A DNA stretch of 64,000 nt from Thermotogota bacterium (GCA_013153965.1 JAADDJ010000010.1:17443-81442), one strand, 5' to 3'; positions 37,443-47,657 are shown, counted from the first letter of the stretch. Translations and numbers: made by a program. The notes: generated by a model not told the origin, from the letters alone.

Positions 37443-37985
37443 TTACTTCTTCCTCGGTTTTAAGATGAAATGGACGAAGCGGCCTTCCTGCTTCGGCTCC
37501 ACATCCACGGCGGCAACGTCGTCCAACATGGCTATCACCTTCTCGGCGAGGTTATGGGTTATATCCACGTGGAGCATCTGCCGGCCCCTCATCCGTATCT
37601 CTATCTTCACCTTGTGCCCCTTCTCAAGGAACTCGCGTGCCTTTTTAAGCTTGACCTGCAGGTCGTGGTCGCCTATGGTGGGAGTTAGCTCTATCTCCTT
37701 CATCTCCGGCGTCTTGTCCTTCTTCTTCTGCTTCTTCTTGAGCTCGTACATGTACTTGCCGTAGTCCATTATCCGAACTACGGGCGGATTCGCGTTGGGG
37801 GAGACCTCCACGACGTCCAGCCCGTGCTCCTCGGCGATACCCATGGCTTCGCGCACGCTCATCACTCCGAGATTCTTACCGTCGGGTCCTATGACCAGAA
37901 CCCGAGGTGCCCTTATCTGCTCGTTCGCCCTGACCTTGGGCAACCTGTTCCTGTTGCGGTTATTCTTCTTCCTGCGCCTTCCCAC
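37443..37985 (-). CDS. infC: Translation initiation factor IF-3
   Basis: NEQIRA, LDVVEVSPNANPPV, MDYGKY, I..HDL..K, GHKVK; SD AAGGAGGT then GTG. Confidence 0.95.
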   Translation of the reverse strand: MGRRRKKNNRNRNRLPKVRANEQIRAPRVLVIGPDGKNLGVMSVREAMGIAEEHGLDVVEVSPNANPPVVRIMDYGKYMYELKKKQKKKDKTPEMKEIELTPTIGDHDLQVKLKKAREFLEKGHKVKIEIRMRGRQMLHVDITHNLAEKVIAMLDDVAAVDVEPKQEGRFVHFILKPRKK

Positions 37986-37986
37986 G

Positions 37987-39243
37987 CTATTTACCTCCTT
38001 GCTGTTTCCTTATGTACTTTTCTATTCCCAGCGCGATCGCTTTGGCCAACCTATCCTGATACTTCCCGTTGGCCAGCTTCTTGGCCTCCCTCCGATTCGT
38101 TATGAATCCGAGCTCCACCAGAACGGAGGGCATCATCACCCACTTGAGGACGTAGAAGCCCGCCTGCTTGACCCCCCTATCCTTGGCCAGAGCCATCTCA
38201 AGGGCGGTGCCGTGTATGCTCATGGCCAACCTGTAGGACTGCTCCAAGAGGAGGTTCTGGAGCAGATCCCCGAGGATGGCTCCCACCGGCTCCTTGGGCT
38301 CCACGAATCCGATGTCGTACCTTATGGCCGAGTTCTCAAGTATAGCCACGGCTCTCTCCTGCGAGGTCCTTGATTCGGAGAGGAAGTAGGTCTCCATCCC
38401 ACTCGCGTTGGGATCCCTACTGGCGTTGCAGTGGATGCTGACGAAGAGATGGGCTCCACTACGGTTGGCCAGGCGCGCCCGCGAGTACAGGGATACGTAC
38501 CTGTCCTTACTTCTTGTGAGGATCACCCTGTATCCCTTCTCCCGCAGGAGGGCGGCCACCTTCAGGGCGACGGATAGGTTTATGTCCTTCTCCCTGTAGC
38601 CGTTCCCCACGGCCCCCGCATCCTTCCCGCCGTGGCCCGGATCTATCACGACGGTTATCCTCTCGGCCCTCTTGGGTTGCAGCTTGGAGATGTTTATCCT
38701 TAGGGTACCCCTACGCTCGGCCACCGTGTATCCGTTGGCCCTCGCCCCGAGATGTATCACGAACCTCGTACTGTCCCGGTACTGGATGACCTTCACCACG
38801 GAGACGAAGTTCCCATCCCCCACTATCCTCCAGAATTTCCCGTAGAGCCCCCTAACGACGACGGCTATGCTGTCCTCCCCCTCACTCACCCGATACTTCC
38901 CACTCTTGGACGTTATGGTTATACGGTAGCCATCGCCCACCTTCCCCATGAGGAATCTGATGTTGGGTTTCCCCCTGAAGAACCTCTTGGCCGCGGCATC
39001 CCACATCCAACTCCCCCCCATATGGATGAGGAGGGGGGCCAGTTGATCCGCCCTCACGTACAGCTTCTTACCCTTCCAGCGCTTCTGCAGCGGAAAGACC
39101 TTTCCTCCGTAGGACACCACATCGTCGTACTCGTAGCGGGCGACTTTTCCTCTGTATATGACCTTATCCTCATAGACCTTCGCCCCGGTTATCCGGCGAA
39201 TCTGGGACGTCGTGAGCCACTGCGATAGGACCAGAGCCAACAT
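37987..39243 (-). CDS. N-acetylmuramoyl-L-alanine amidase (Amidase_3, AmiC-like)
   Basis: IDPGHGGKDAGA, EKDINL, FVSIHCNA, VLVELGFITN. Confidence 0.92.
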   Translation of the reverse strand: MLALVLSQWLTTSQIRRITGAKVYEDKVIYRGKVARYEYDDVVSYGGKVFPLQKRWKGKKLYVRADQLAPLLIHMGGSWMWDAAAKRFFRGKPNIRFLMGKVGDGYRITITSKSGKYRVSEGEDSIAVVVRGLYGKFWRIVGDGNFVSVVKVIQYRDSTRFVIHLGARANGYTVAERRGTLRINISKLQPKRAERITVVIDPGHGGKDAGAVGNGYREKDINLSVALKVAALLREKGYRVILTRSKDRYVSLYSRARLANRSGAHLFVSIHCNASRDPNASGMETYFLSESRTSQERAVAILENSAIRYDIGFVEPKEPVGAILGDLLQNLLLEQSYRLAMSIHGTALEMALAKDRGVKQAGFYVLKWVMMPSVLVELGFITNRREAKKLANGKYQDRLAKAIALGIEKYIRKQQGGK

Positions 39244-40160
39244 CAGACTTCGTAGTGTATCCTACGCTCTATGAAGACCTTCTGCAGGACCGTGAGCAGT
39301 CCTACCACCGTTAGGAGGGCGATGGCGACGGCCGAGGCGTATCCGACGTTGAAGTCCTCCACACCCTTCTGGTACAGATAATAGACCAGAACGTTCGTGG
39401 TACCCATCGGACCACCGGGGGGAGGGCCGGTCATTATCCATATGGGAGCGAAGACCTGAAAGGAGATGATGAAGCTCGTCAGATACACGTAGAAGAGCGA
39501 GGGGGCGAGGAGCGGGAGGGTTATCTTCCAAAACACCGTCCATGGGCCAGCCCCGTCTATGGCGGCCGCCTCATACACGCTGCGATTTATGGACTTGAGA
39601 CCCGCGTAGAGTATTATGGTGTTGTAGCCGAAGCTCTTCCAGACGGACATTATGACCACGGAGAGGAGGGCCAGCGATGGCCCATGGCCGAAGAAGATGC
39701 CGGTGGGCTCCTCCAACCACCTGAGGGTCGGCAGATGCAGAAGGGATAGGACGAAGTTGAAGAAGCCGGCGGAGGGGTTATAAAGCCACTTCCAGACAAC
39801 GGAAGCCGGAACCAGGGATATGACCACGGGGGTGAATACGGCGAATTTGAGCAGAGACGACAGGGGCTCACGGGTGGCGTTTATCAGGAGGGCCGCAAGG
39901 AGGGCCACGGTTATGCCTATGCCTATTGAGAGGAAGGAGTACCAGAAGGTGTTGCCGAGGGCCTGCCAGAAGAAGGGATCACGCAGGAGTAAGGAGAAGT
40001 TCCTCAATCCGACCCACTCTTGGAAGCCCACCAACCCCCACTTCTGAAAGGAGTTGATGAAGACCATAAAGGAGGGTAGGAATTTGAAGATGGCCAAAAT
40101 CGTCAAAGCCGGCGCTAAGAACCCTGCCGCTAGAAGTGCCTTCCTCCCCTCCGAAAACAA
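39243..40160 (-). CDS. Sugar ABC transporter permease (MalF/UgpA type)
   Basis: WVGL.NF, FWQALGNT, YEAAAIDGA, FWKITLPLL. Confidence 0.92.
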   Translation of the reverse strand: MFSEGRKALLAAGFLAPALTILAIFKFLPSFMVFINSFQKWGLVGFQEWVGLRNFSLLLRDPFFWQALGNTFWYSFLSIGIGITVALLAALLINATREPLSSLLKFAVFTPVVISLVPASVVWKWLYNPSAGFFNFVLSLLHLPTLRWLEEPTGIFFGHGPSLALLSVVIMSVWKSFGYNTIILYAGLKSINRSVYEAAAIDGAGPWTVFWKITLPLLAPSLFYVYLTSFIISFQVFAPIWIMTGPPPGGPMGTTNVLVYYLYQKGVEDFNVGYASAVAIALLTVVGLLTVLQKVFIERRIHYEV

Positions 40161-40187
40161 GATGCTATTATAGAGCGGAGGGGTGCA

Positions 40188-40853
40188 TCAACCGTACATT
40201 TTGCGATACTCCTCAACGAGAGCGTTGGCCCATTCCTCAACCCCCTCCCCGGTCTTGGCGGACGTCCTGAAGACCCTGATGTCGGGACGCAGTCTCTTGG
40301 CCTCGGACACGGCCCTCTCGGGGGAGAAGTCAAAGAAGGGCAGGAGATCCATCTTCGTAAGAACCATCCAACGGGCCGTTCGGAAGGCCTTGGGGTACTT
40401 GGCGGGTTTATCGTCGCCCTCCGGGACCGACAGGAGGACCACCCGAAGATGCTCACCGAGGTCAAAGCCGGCCGGACATATGAGATTCCCCACGTTCTCT
40501 ATGAAGAGGATGTCCCAATCCCTGTCGGATATCCTCTCCCAAGCCTTGGCCACCATGTTGGCCTCCAGATGGCACGTGCCCCCCGTGGTTATCTGAACGG
40601 CCTCAACCCCCTTGGCCCTTATCCTCTCGGCATCCCTGTCGGTCTCTATATCCCCCTCCAGAACGGCCACCCTCATGCGTCCCTTGAGGATCTCCAGAGT
40701 GCGCTCCAGAAGGGCGGTCTTCCCGGAGCCGGGGGATGAGAGGAGATTTACGACCAACATTGAGCGCGATGCCCACTCTCTACGCAGCGCCTCGGCCAAC
40801 ATATCGTTGGCCCGTAGAACTTCCCTCTTAACATCAACCGTTATCTTGCCCAT
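40188..40853 (-). CDS. hypB: Hydrogenase nickel incorporation GTPase HypB
   Basis: SSPGSGKT, EGD, TGGTCHL, ENVGNLICP, EGDDKPAKYP. Confidence 0.95.
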   Translation of the reverse strand: MGKITVDVKREVLRANDMLAEALRREWASRSMLVVNLLSSPGSGKTALLERTLEILKGRMRVAVLEGDIETDRDAERIRAKGVEAVQITTGGTCHLEANMVAKAWERISDRDWDILFIENVGNLICPAGFDLGEHLRVVLLSVPEGDDKPAKYPKAFRTARWMVLTKMDLLPFFDFSPERAVSEAKRLRPDIRVFRTSAKTGEGVEEWANALVEEYRKMYG

Positions 40854-41211
40854 AGTTCTCCTCGGGTATGTCAAGCTCAACGTCCCGCAGGTACAGGTCC
40901 TCCCCATCCACAACATCAACCGTCGCACTGCCACACTCCGGACACCTGACCGTTCGCTCCCTCCACGGGCCGTAGTACCCGCACTCGGGACACCGCAACG
41001 TCAGGGGTACTATACTGTACTCCATAACGGCGTCGGCTATCAGGGGCTCGGCCGCCTTTAGGACGGCGAAAGCCTCCTCCAAGAGCTCGGGGACCACGTT
41101 GGCCAACTCCCCCACCTCAAGGCGGAAGCGGAGGACCCTGCGGGCCCCATATCGCCGGGCTATCTCGCGCAGCGACAGGTATATGGCCTGAAGTATTGAA
41201 AGCTCATGCAT
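40834..41211 (-). CDS. hypA: Hydrogenase nickel metallochaperone HypA
   Basis: MHELSI, two CPEC motifs. Confidence 0.95.
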   Translation of the reverse strand: MHELSILQAIYLSLREIARRYGARRVLRFRLEVGELANVVPELLEEAFAVLKAAEPLIADAVMEYSIVPLTLRCPECGYYGPWRERTVRCPECGSATVDVVDGEDLYLRDVELDIPEENYGQDNG

Positions 41212-42251
41212 CAGCAGATCCTCGGTAGCTGCTCACCCGAGAGCATATCCACGACCCGGCTCCCTCCGAAGGCCGTCCGTAGGACCACGGTCCCCGGATG
41301 CTCCTCAACCACCTCCCCAACTATCCGTGCCTCCTCACCGCCGGGAATAGCGCGCACGGCCTGCAGGAGCTCCTCCGCCCTATCGGGGGAAACGAAGGCC
41401 AGAAAGCGACCCTCGTTGGCCACGTAGAGAGGATCCAGACCCAATATCTCGCACGCCCCCCGCACCTCCTCCTTCAGGGGTATCCTCTCCTCGTATATGA
41501 CCATGCCGAGACCGGAGGAGCGGGCCATCTCGTTGAGGGCGGAGGCTACCCCTCCCCTCGTGGCATCCCTCAGGGCATGGACATCCTCCCTTGAGACATC
41601 CAGCATGGCCTTCACCAGAGGCCACAGGTTCATCGTATCGCTCCTTAGGGGAGTCTCAAACTCCAATCCCTCCCGCACCGACATTATGGCTATCCCGTGC
41701 TCGGCTATGGGACCCGAGAGTATTATCAGGTCCCCCGGTCGGATCCTCTCCGGCCCCACATGGACGCCTTCGGCGACCGAGCCTATACCCGTGGTGTTGA
41801 TGAATATCCCGTCCCCCTTTCCCCTCTCCACCACCTTCGTGTCGCCGGTGATGATGAGAACGCCCGCCTCGTCGGCCCTCCTCTTTACGGTCGCGAGAAT
41901 CTCCCATAGGTCCTTCAGCAGCAGACCCTCCTCAAGGATGAGGCTCAACGTCAGATACTTGGGCTCCGCTCCGCACATGGCGAGGTCATTTACCGTGCCA
42001 TTGACTGCAAGGTCCCCGATGTTGCCACCGGGGAAGAAGTAGGGCGACACGACGAAGCTGTCGGTGGATACCGCCATACGCCCGTCGGACGGTATAACCG
42101 CGCCGTCGTGAAGACGTTGGAGATACTCGTTGGAAAAGAGAGGCAGGAAGAGCTTGGTTATGAGGCGGTGGGTGAGACGCCCTCCACCCCCGTGAGCCAA
42201 GGTTATGCGGTCATAGTCGCTTATGGGTATGGGGCATTCAAAGGAGGCCAC
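41211..42251 (-). CDS. hypE: Hydrogenase expression/formation protein HypE
   Basis: LAHGGGG, GTVNDL, GDTKVV, RDATRGG, ANEG, C-terminal PRIC; GTG start 8 nt after TAAAAT. Confidence 0.95.
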   Translation of the reverse strand: MASFECPIPISDYDRITLAHGGGGRLTHRLITKLFLPLFSNEYLQRLHDGAVIPSDGRMAVSTDSFVVSPYFFPGGNIGDLAVNGTVNDLAMCGAEPKYLTLSLILEEGLLLKDLWEILATVKRRADEAGVLIITGDTKVVERGKGDGIFINTTGIGSVAEGVHVGPERIRPGDLIILSGPIAEHGIAIMSVREGLEFETPLRSDTMNLWPLVKAMLDVSREDVHALRDATRGGVASALNEMARSSGLGMVIYEERIPLKEEVRGACEILGLDPLYVANEGRFLAFVSPDRAEELLQAVRAIPGGEEARIVGEVVEEHPGTVVLRTAFGGSRVVDMLSGEQLPRIC

Positions 42252-42310
42252 GATGGGATATTTTAAGGGAGCCCCAAACGCCGAAAAATTGACGATAGAA
42301 TATCCTCTCC

Positions 42311-42874
42311 ATGAAGGATTTCGTGGAAAAACTCGTTGAAGCAAACTCTTGGGCCACGTCCTACGCCATGGAACCCTACGACTCCTATAAACGGCGGAAG
42401 GGCTACATGGACAAACTGCTGCGGGCCTTGGCCGAAGCCATGGGGAAGGCACCGGATGGACGATTCGTTCCACTCCTCCAGTACATGGCGAACGTCGTAG
42501 CCAACCAGATGGGCCTCGGGAAGACCGAGCCCGAGAGGGAGGCTGCCTTCTCAACGATGTCCCGCCTACTCAACTCCCTCATAGACCTCATAACCCGCAT
42601 GGAGGAGGGTAAGGATCTGCCGGGCCATTCGGACCTGAGCGAGAGGGTGATGGATATTCTGGAGATGATGGAGTACCGTCCGAGCGTGCGCACTCTCGGG
42701 AAAGTTCAAAGGCTCGTTGAGGAGATGTACCGGCTGATTGACAGGGTATTGGGGGAGGGGAGGGTGTCCGAGAGGGTACTCTCCGCCTTAGACGAGGTGG
42801 TCTTCGTCCTGAGCCGCGGCGAAGAGGAAGCCTTGGACGAGGCGAGGAGCCTCCTTCGGGGAGTACGCCCGTAA
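42311..42874 (+). CDS. Hypothetical alpha-helical protein
   Basis: Host-like codon usage, TAGAAT 9 nt upstream, fills the gap. Confidence 0.7.
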   Translation: MKDFVEKLVEANSWATSYAMEPYDSYKRRKGYMDKLLRALAEAMGKAPDGRFVPLLQYMANVVANQMGLGKTEPEREAAFSTMSRLLNSLIDLITRMEEGKDLPGHSDLSERVMDILEMMEYRPSVRTLGKVQRLVEEMYRLIDRVLGEGRVSERVLSALDEVVFVLSRGEEEALDEARSLLRGVRP

Positions 42875-42884
42875 AATCCCGCCT

Positions 42885-43481
42885 ATGCTCTGGATGCTCT
42901 CTTTTATGGACGTCTCCTTTGGGGTGGCCACGCGCATCCCCTTGGAGGATTACGCCAAATTCGTAGGGTACGGCGTTGGGGGAGAGGTGGGATTCCGCTA
43001 CTTCTTTACGGACCTCTTCGGCGTGGGACTGAAGGCGGGTGGATACTACCACTTCCAGAGGCTCGCGAAGGATTCGGTGGGCGGCGTATGGTACAAGCAG
43101 AACACTCAAGCCAACGTCTTCCCAGCGAGCCTAAATCTGGTGATGAACTTCTATCTGGCCGAGGGGGTGTCGCTGATGGTCTCTGTAGGAGGGGGTGGGA
43201 ACTTCTCCCTCTACACCTACGACCGCAGGGTGGGAGTCTATGACAGTGCCTCCGCCTCTTGGAATGTCAGGGAGGAGGAGGGAAACTACAAGGTGGGAGG
43301 CTACCTGATAAACTTTGAGGCCGCCTTCCGCATGACCGACTTTGACATATTCATGGGGGTCAATATCCTCCAGACCGAGATAAACCGGGTTGATATGCTG
43401 GAGGGTAAGGAGACGATTGATAAGGGAGCCTACCCGGCGTTGTACATCGGGACCAGGTACTTCATAAAGTTCGGCGTATGA
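42885..43481 (+). CDS. Small outer-membrane beta-barrel protein
   Basis: Alternating hydrophobic/Gly strands, C-terminal YIGTRYFIKF. Confidence 0.7.
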   Translation: MLWMLSFMDVSFGVATRIPLEDYAKFVGYGVGGEVGFRYFFTDLFGVGLKAGGYYHFQRLAKDSVGGVWYKQNTQANVFPASLNLVMNFYLAEGVSLMVSVGGGGNFSLYTYDRRVGVYDSASASWNVREEEGNYKVGGYLINFEAAFRMTDFDIFMGVNILQTEINRVDMLEGKETIDKGAYPALYIGTRYFIKFGV

Positions 43482-45535
43482 TCCTGCTCCTCGCCGAGGT
43501 AATCTTCAGGGGAGGTTTCCTTGAGTACTTTCCTGACAGCGGCCTGGTGATCCTATACGACAGCGCGTACGTGAGGACCGACGACGGCACCGAGCTCTGG
43601 GCCGACACCATAAAGTTCTGGCGCAAGGTTCAGGTGGTGGAGGCCTCGGGCAACTTTACCCTCAAGACGGCGGAGACCAAAATCACGGGCAAATACCTGA
43701 AGTACAACCTCCTGCGTCAGACCGGAATAGCCAGCAAGAGCCGCACCTACGTTGAGAAGGGTTGGATAGTGGGGGATACGGTATATAAGGTCTCCGAAAA
43801 CAGCATATACACCACCAACGGATACTTCACGACCTGCGAGCTGCCCCGCCCCCACTATCGTTTCGCCTCCAAGAGGATGAGGGTGCTCAAGGGGGACCTG
43901 GCCGTGGTGAAACCTCTCGTCCTCTACCTCAGGGATATACCCGTCCTGTACGCCCCCTTCTGGTTCATGCCGGCGGGAAAGGAGCGCTCCTCCGGCTTTC
44001 TCCCCCCCTCGGTGGGCAGCAGTACCCGGGATGGGCTCTACATCCGCAACTTGGCCTTCTATCTGGCCATTGACAACTTTCAGGACCTCACTCTCTTTGC
44101 GGACATAATTGAGCGTAGGGGCGTGCGCTTCGGAGCCGACTACAGGTACAACATATACAAGAGTCTGCAGGGAGGATTTACGGGCACCTACGCGTACGAC
44201 CTCGCCGAGGGTGGGAACGTTAGACGGTGGAGTTTGAAGGGGAACCACTCCCAAACCCTTCTGGGGTTTGATATGAACGCCCACGCGGACTTCGTGTCGG
44301 ACTCCAGATACTTCCAAGACTACGCGGAGGTACCCGACCAGTGGATTCAGAACGAGCTCGTCTCCTACCTGACCCTCCGGAGGACCACGCGTCTCGGTCT
44401 CCTATCTCTAAACCTCTACAACCGCTACGACCCCATCCGCGATATCACCCGCAGGACCCTCCCCGAGGTTTCCTTCAGCATGCTCCCTTTAAACGCCCTC
44501 GGCCTATCCCTGTCCAACTCCTTCAACCTCCGGAGGGAGAGGACGGATTCGGCATCCTCCAGCATGGAGCACCGCTTCGCGGCCACCTCCCACGTGCTGA
44601 ACACCACCTACAGCCTCCTCTACCTGACCACCTCCCCCTCGGTCCACCTCAACACATCCTTCAAGGACTCGGTATTCTCCAAGAGGTACGGTCTAACCCT
44701 GCCTCTCTCTACCACCCTATACGGCGTATCCCTCTTCGGGCTGGGACCCGTGAGGAAGTTCCGCCACATCCTAAAGCCCACAGTCTCCTACTACTACGAG
44801 AGGGACGACCTCACCGGCGAGAGGAAGGGGATAACACTATCGTTGGACAACACCCACGAGGGTAAAATTCGCCGAGATACGACGTCGGAGGTCAAGACAC
44901 TCCTCCAGTGGTCCGCCTCCACCAGCTATATCTTCTCGGACACGCTGGAGGGGAAACCCCTACGCTACCACTTCACCCCCATCACCATAACGGCGCGCAC
45001 CTCCCCATACCGTTGGGTGTCGGTGGTGGCATTCGGCTCCTACGACCACGTTGAGGGACGACCCGCATCCGCCCAGCTCATCGTCAATCTCGGCCGTTTC
45101 AACCTGAATCGGATTTTGGGCGGAGAGGCGACACGGGAGGATACTGCCGAGATGGATACGACCAAGGACACGGTGATGACGGAGGAGGAGCTGGTTGAGG
45201 CCAACCGCCCTAAGCCCAAACCTTGGACCTTCGGCCTCTCCTACTCGTACTCCTTAAGCGCCTACGGGCAGCCTCCCCAGAACGTCTTCCGATTCGGAAT
45301 ATCCGGCAGTCCGACGCCCAAGTGGTTCATAGATTACTCATTCACGTACGATATGACGAACCGCAGGTATCTGGACCAGACCCTCCGGGTCTCCCGGGAC
45401 CTACACTGCTGGCAGCTGGAGGCCCGCTGGTCTTGGTTCGGGGGGTACTCAACCTACGACGTGCGCATATACGTCAAAGCCATTCCGGAGATAGCAATAA
45501 AGCGGGGAGTCTTGGACATCTTTCTACCCCGATAG
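43478..45535 (+). CDS. LptD-like outer-membrane assembly protein
   Basis: FTTC...PHY, RSSGFL.P..G, DFVSD..Y..DY, RDLHCW. Confidence 0.85.
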   Translation: MILLLAEVIFRGGFLEYFPDSGLVILYDSAYVRTDDGTELWADTIKFWRKVQVVEASGNFTLKTAETKITGKYLKYNLLRQTGIASKSRTYVEKGWIVGDTVYKVSENSIYTTNGYFTTCELPRPHYRFASKRMRVLKGDLAVVKPLVLYLRDIPVLYAPFWFMPAGKERSSGFLPPSVGSSTRDGLYIRNLAFYLAIDNFQDLTLFADIIERRGVRFGADYRYNIYKSLQGGFTGTYAYDLAEGGNVRRWSLKGNHSQTLLGFDMNAHADFVSDSRYFQDYAEVPDQWIQNELVSYLTLRRTTRLGLLSLNLYNRYDPIRDITRRTLPEVSFSMLPLNALGLSLSNSFNLRRERTDSASSSMEHRFAATSHVLNTTYSLLYLTTSPSVHLNTSFKDSVFSKRYGLTLPLSTTLYGVSLFGLGPVRKFRHILKPTVSYYYERDDLTGERKGITLSLDNTHEGKIRRDTTSEVKTLLQWSASTSYIFSDTLEGKPLRYHFTPITITARTSPYRWVSVVAFGSYDHVEGRPASAQLIVNLGRFNLNRILGGEATREDTAEMDTTKDTVMTEEELVEANRPKPKPWTFGLSYSYSLSAYGQPPQNVFRFGISGSPTPKWFIDYSFTYDMTNRRYLDQTLRVSRDLHCWQLEARWSWFGGYSTYDVRIYVKAIPEIAIKRGVLDIFLPR

Positions 45536-46273
45536 CTACAGGTTGAGCCTCTTGAATATAAACTCCGGCACTAACCTGATGGCGAGCATTATCCATCTCC
45601 AATACCAGGGGGTATAGAGCACATCCTTACCCTTCTCCATGGCCGCCACTATATCCTTGGCGACCCTCCTCGGGGATGATACGAGCCGTTTGGGCAGCTC
45701 CAGATGGGCCGTCATGGGTGTATCTACGAATCCGGGCTTTATATCAAGAACCTTTACCCCCCTGCGAAAGAGCCTGTTGCGGAGACCGGAGAGATATATG
45801 GACAGTCCCCCCTTGGCGCTACCGTACGGGAAGTTGCTGCCCCTGCCCCTGTCCCCCGCCACCGACGTGATGGCTGCTATGAGCCCCTCCCCCCGCTCCT
45901 CCATGTACGGGGCCACGTGGGTCAGTACGGATACCGCTCCCAAGAAGTTCGTCTCAGCTATCCTTCTGAATTCGCCGAAATCCCTGTAAGCCTTATCCTG
46001 CTCCCCCAGATATCCGAAGGCCAAAAGTACCCAATCCACATCCCCCATCCTCTCCAAGACCCTCCTCCAGAAGGCCGGGTGGGTATCGTAGGCCACCGCG
46101 TCAAATCCATCCCAGTGGGTTTTCACACCGTACTTTATGGAGAGATGGCGAGCGAGCCGCTCCGTCTCCTCAACGTTCCTACTCGCGAGGTAGAGCTCGT
46201 GGCCCTTGGAGGCCAGAATATCGGCCACCTCCCTCGCTATGGCGGAGTTGGCGCCCAATATCAGGACCCTCAT
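45536..46273 (-). CDS. SDR oxidoreductase, DprE2-like
   Basis: LGANSAIA, SVAGDRGR.SN, YGSAK, KPGFVDTPMT. Confidence 0.88.
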   Translation of the reverse strand: MRVLILGANSAIAREVADILASKGHELYLASRNVEETERLARHLSIKYGVKTHWDGFDAVAYDTHPAFWRRVLERMGDVDWVLLAFGYLGEQDKAYRDFGEFRRIAETNFLGAVSVLTHVAPYMEERGEGLIAAITSVAGDRGRGSNFPYGSAKGGLSIYLSGLRNRLFRRGVKVLDIKPGFVDTPMTAHLELPKRLVSSPRRVAKDIVAAMEKGKDVLYTPWYWRWIMLAIRLVPEFIFKRLNL

Positions 46274-46358
46274 CGCGGTATATTAAGGTGGATTCCACCT
46301 TACAATAGATGCACCATGAGAAGTTTCACGAAGCCCGGAGGTTGGGTTTGCCGACCTG

Positions 46359-47231
46359 GTGGGCAACACTCCCGTGGTTGATATAACGCACGTGGTCGCG
46401 GGGCATATACCCCGCGGTATCACCGTCCTCGCCAAGCTGGAGAAGTTCAATCCCGGAGGCTCCTCCAAGGACAGGGCCGTCCTGATGATGCTGCGCGATG
46501 CTCTGAGAAGGGGGCTGCTGGAGGGGCGCACGGTGGTGGAGGCCTCATCGGGGAATACGGGTGTGGCATTGGCAATGATGGGAGCCGCCCTATCTCTAAA
46601 TGTCCTCCTTCTGATACCCGACACGCCCCAAGCCTCGGCGAAGGTGAGGCTGGCCAGAGAATTCGGAGCGAGGGTCCTCCTCACGCCGGAGCGGGAGGGG
46701 ACGGAAGGAGCCCGCCGACGGGCGGAAAGGTTGGCCTCGGAGTTCCCCGAGAGGTACTACCACCTGAACCAGTACGACAATCCGGCCAATCTGGAGGCCC
46801 ACTATCTGACGACCGGGCCGGAGATATGGGAGCAGACTGGTGGGGAGATAACCCACTTCGTCGCCGGCGTGGGTACGGGCGGGACGGTGAGCGGCACGTC
46901 CAAGTTCCTGAAGGAGAGGAATCCACGGATACGCACCTTCGGAGTTCAACCGGCTACCCCCGAGACGCGCATACCCGGCCTAAAGCACATACCCACATCC
47001 TCAAAACCCGCCAACTACCGCCCGGAGCTCCTTGATGGGGTCTTGGGCGTTGGAGAGGAGGAGGCCCACATATGGAGGGAGAGGCTCTCAAGGGTAGGGC
47101 TCCTCGTCGGACCATCGTCGGGAGCGGTTCTGGCGGCCGTCGTATCCTTGGCGCGCACCCTCGCATCCGAAGCGGTCATCGTCGCCCTCCTTCCGGACGG
47201 TGGGGAGAGGTACCTACAGGAGGAGAGTTAG
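46359..47231 (+). CDS. Cysteine synthase family PLP enzyme (5' end irregular)
   Basis: GNTP, KLEKFNPGGSSKDR, EASSGNTG, NQYDN, GVGTGGT, GPSSGA, PDGGERY. Confidence 0.88.
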   Translation: MGNTPVVDITHVVAGHIPRGITVLAKLEKFNPGGSSKDRAVLMMLRDALRRGLLEGRTVVEASSGNTGVALAMMGAALSLNVLLLIPDTPQASAKVRLAREFGARVLLTPEREGTEGARRRAERLASEFPERYYHLNQYDNPANLEAHYLTTGPEIWEQTGGEITHFVAGVGTGGTVSGTSKFLKERNPRIRTFGVQPATPETRIPGLKHIPTSSKPANYRPELLDGVLGVGEEEAHIWRERLSRVGLLVGPSSGAVLAAVVSLARTLASEAVIVALLPDGGERYLQEES

Positions 47232-47657
47232 AAGTTTGAGGGTTAGCCACGTGTAGCCACCGGCGACGAGGTCGTCGGCCACGATACCCCACCCGCCGGG
47301 AAGCGACTCAAGGCGTCGGGCGGGGAAGGGCTTAACGATATCGTAGGCCCTGAAGAGCAGGAATCCTCCCAGAAGCACCTTCCAGTCCGTGGGAAAGTGC
47401 GCGTAGGCCAGATACAGGGCCACCACCTCGTCTATCACCACCTCCTTAGGATCCTCCCTCCCCGAAGCCTTGGCCACCTTCCCCGATGAGACGACAGACA
47501 GGAGAAGGAGGATTACCCCCAGCGCCCAGTACATCCACCCCGACGTCCCCACGATGAGAACCAGAGCGATGGCCCACAGGCTGCCGAATGTGGCCGGAGC
47601 GACGGGCACGTATCCGACGAACAGGCCCGTCGCTACTATTCGCGCCGCCGTTATCAA
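47214..47657 (-). CDS. pgpA: Phosphatidylglycerophosphatase A
   Basis: GY.PVAPATFGS, DP.EVVIDEV, FRAYDIVKPFP, GGWGIVADD. Confidence 0.92.
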   Translation of the reverse strand: MITAARIVATGLFVGYVPVAPATFGSLWAIALVLIVGTSGWMYWALGVILLLLSVVSSGKVAKASGREDPKEVVIDEVVALYLAYAHFPTDWKVLLGGFLLFRAYDIVKPFPARRLESLPGGWGIVADDLVAGGYTWLTLKLLTLLL

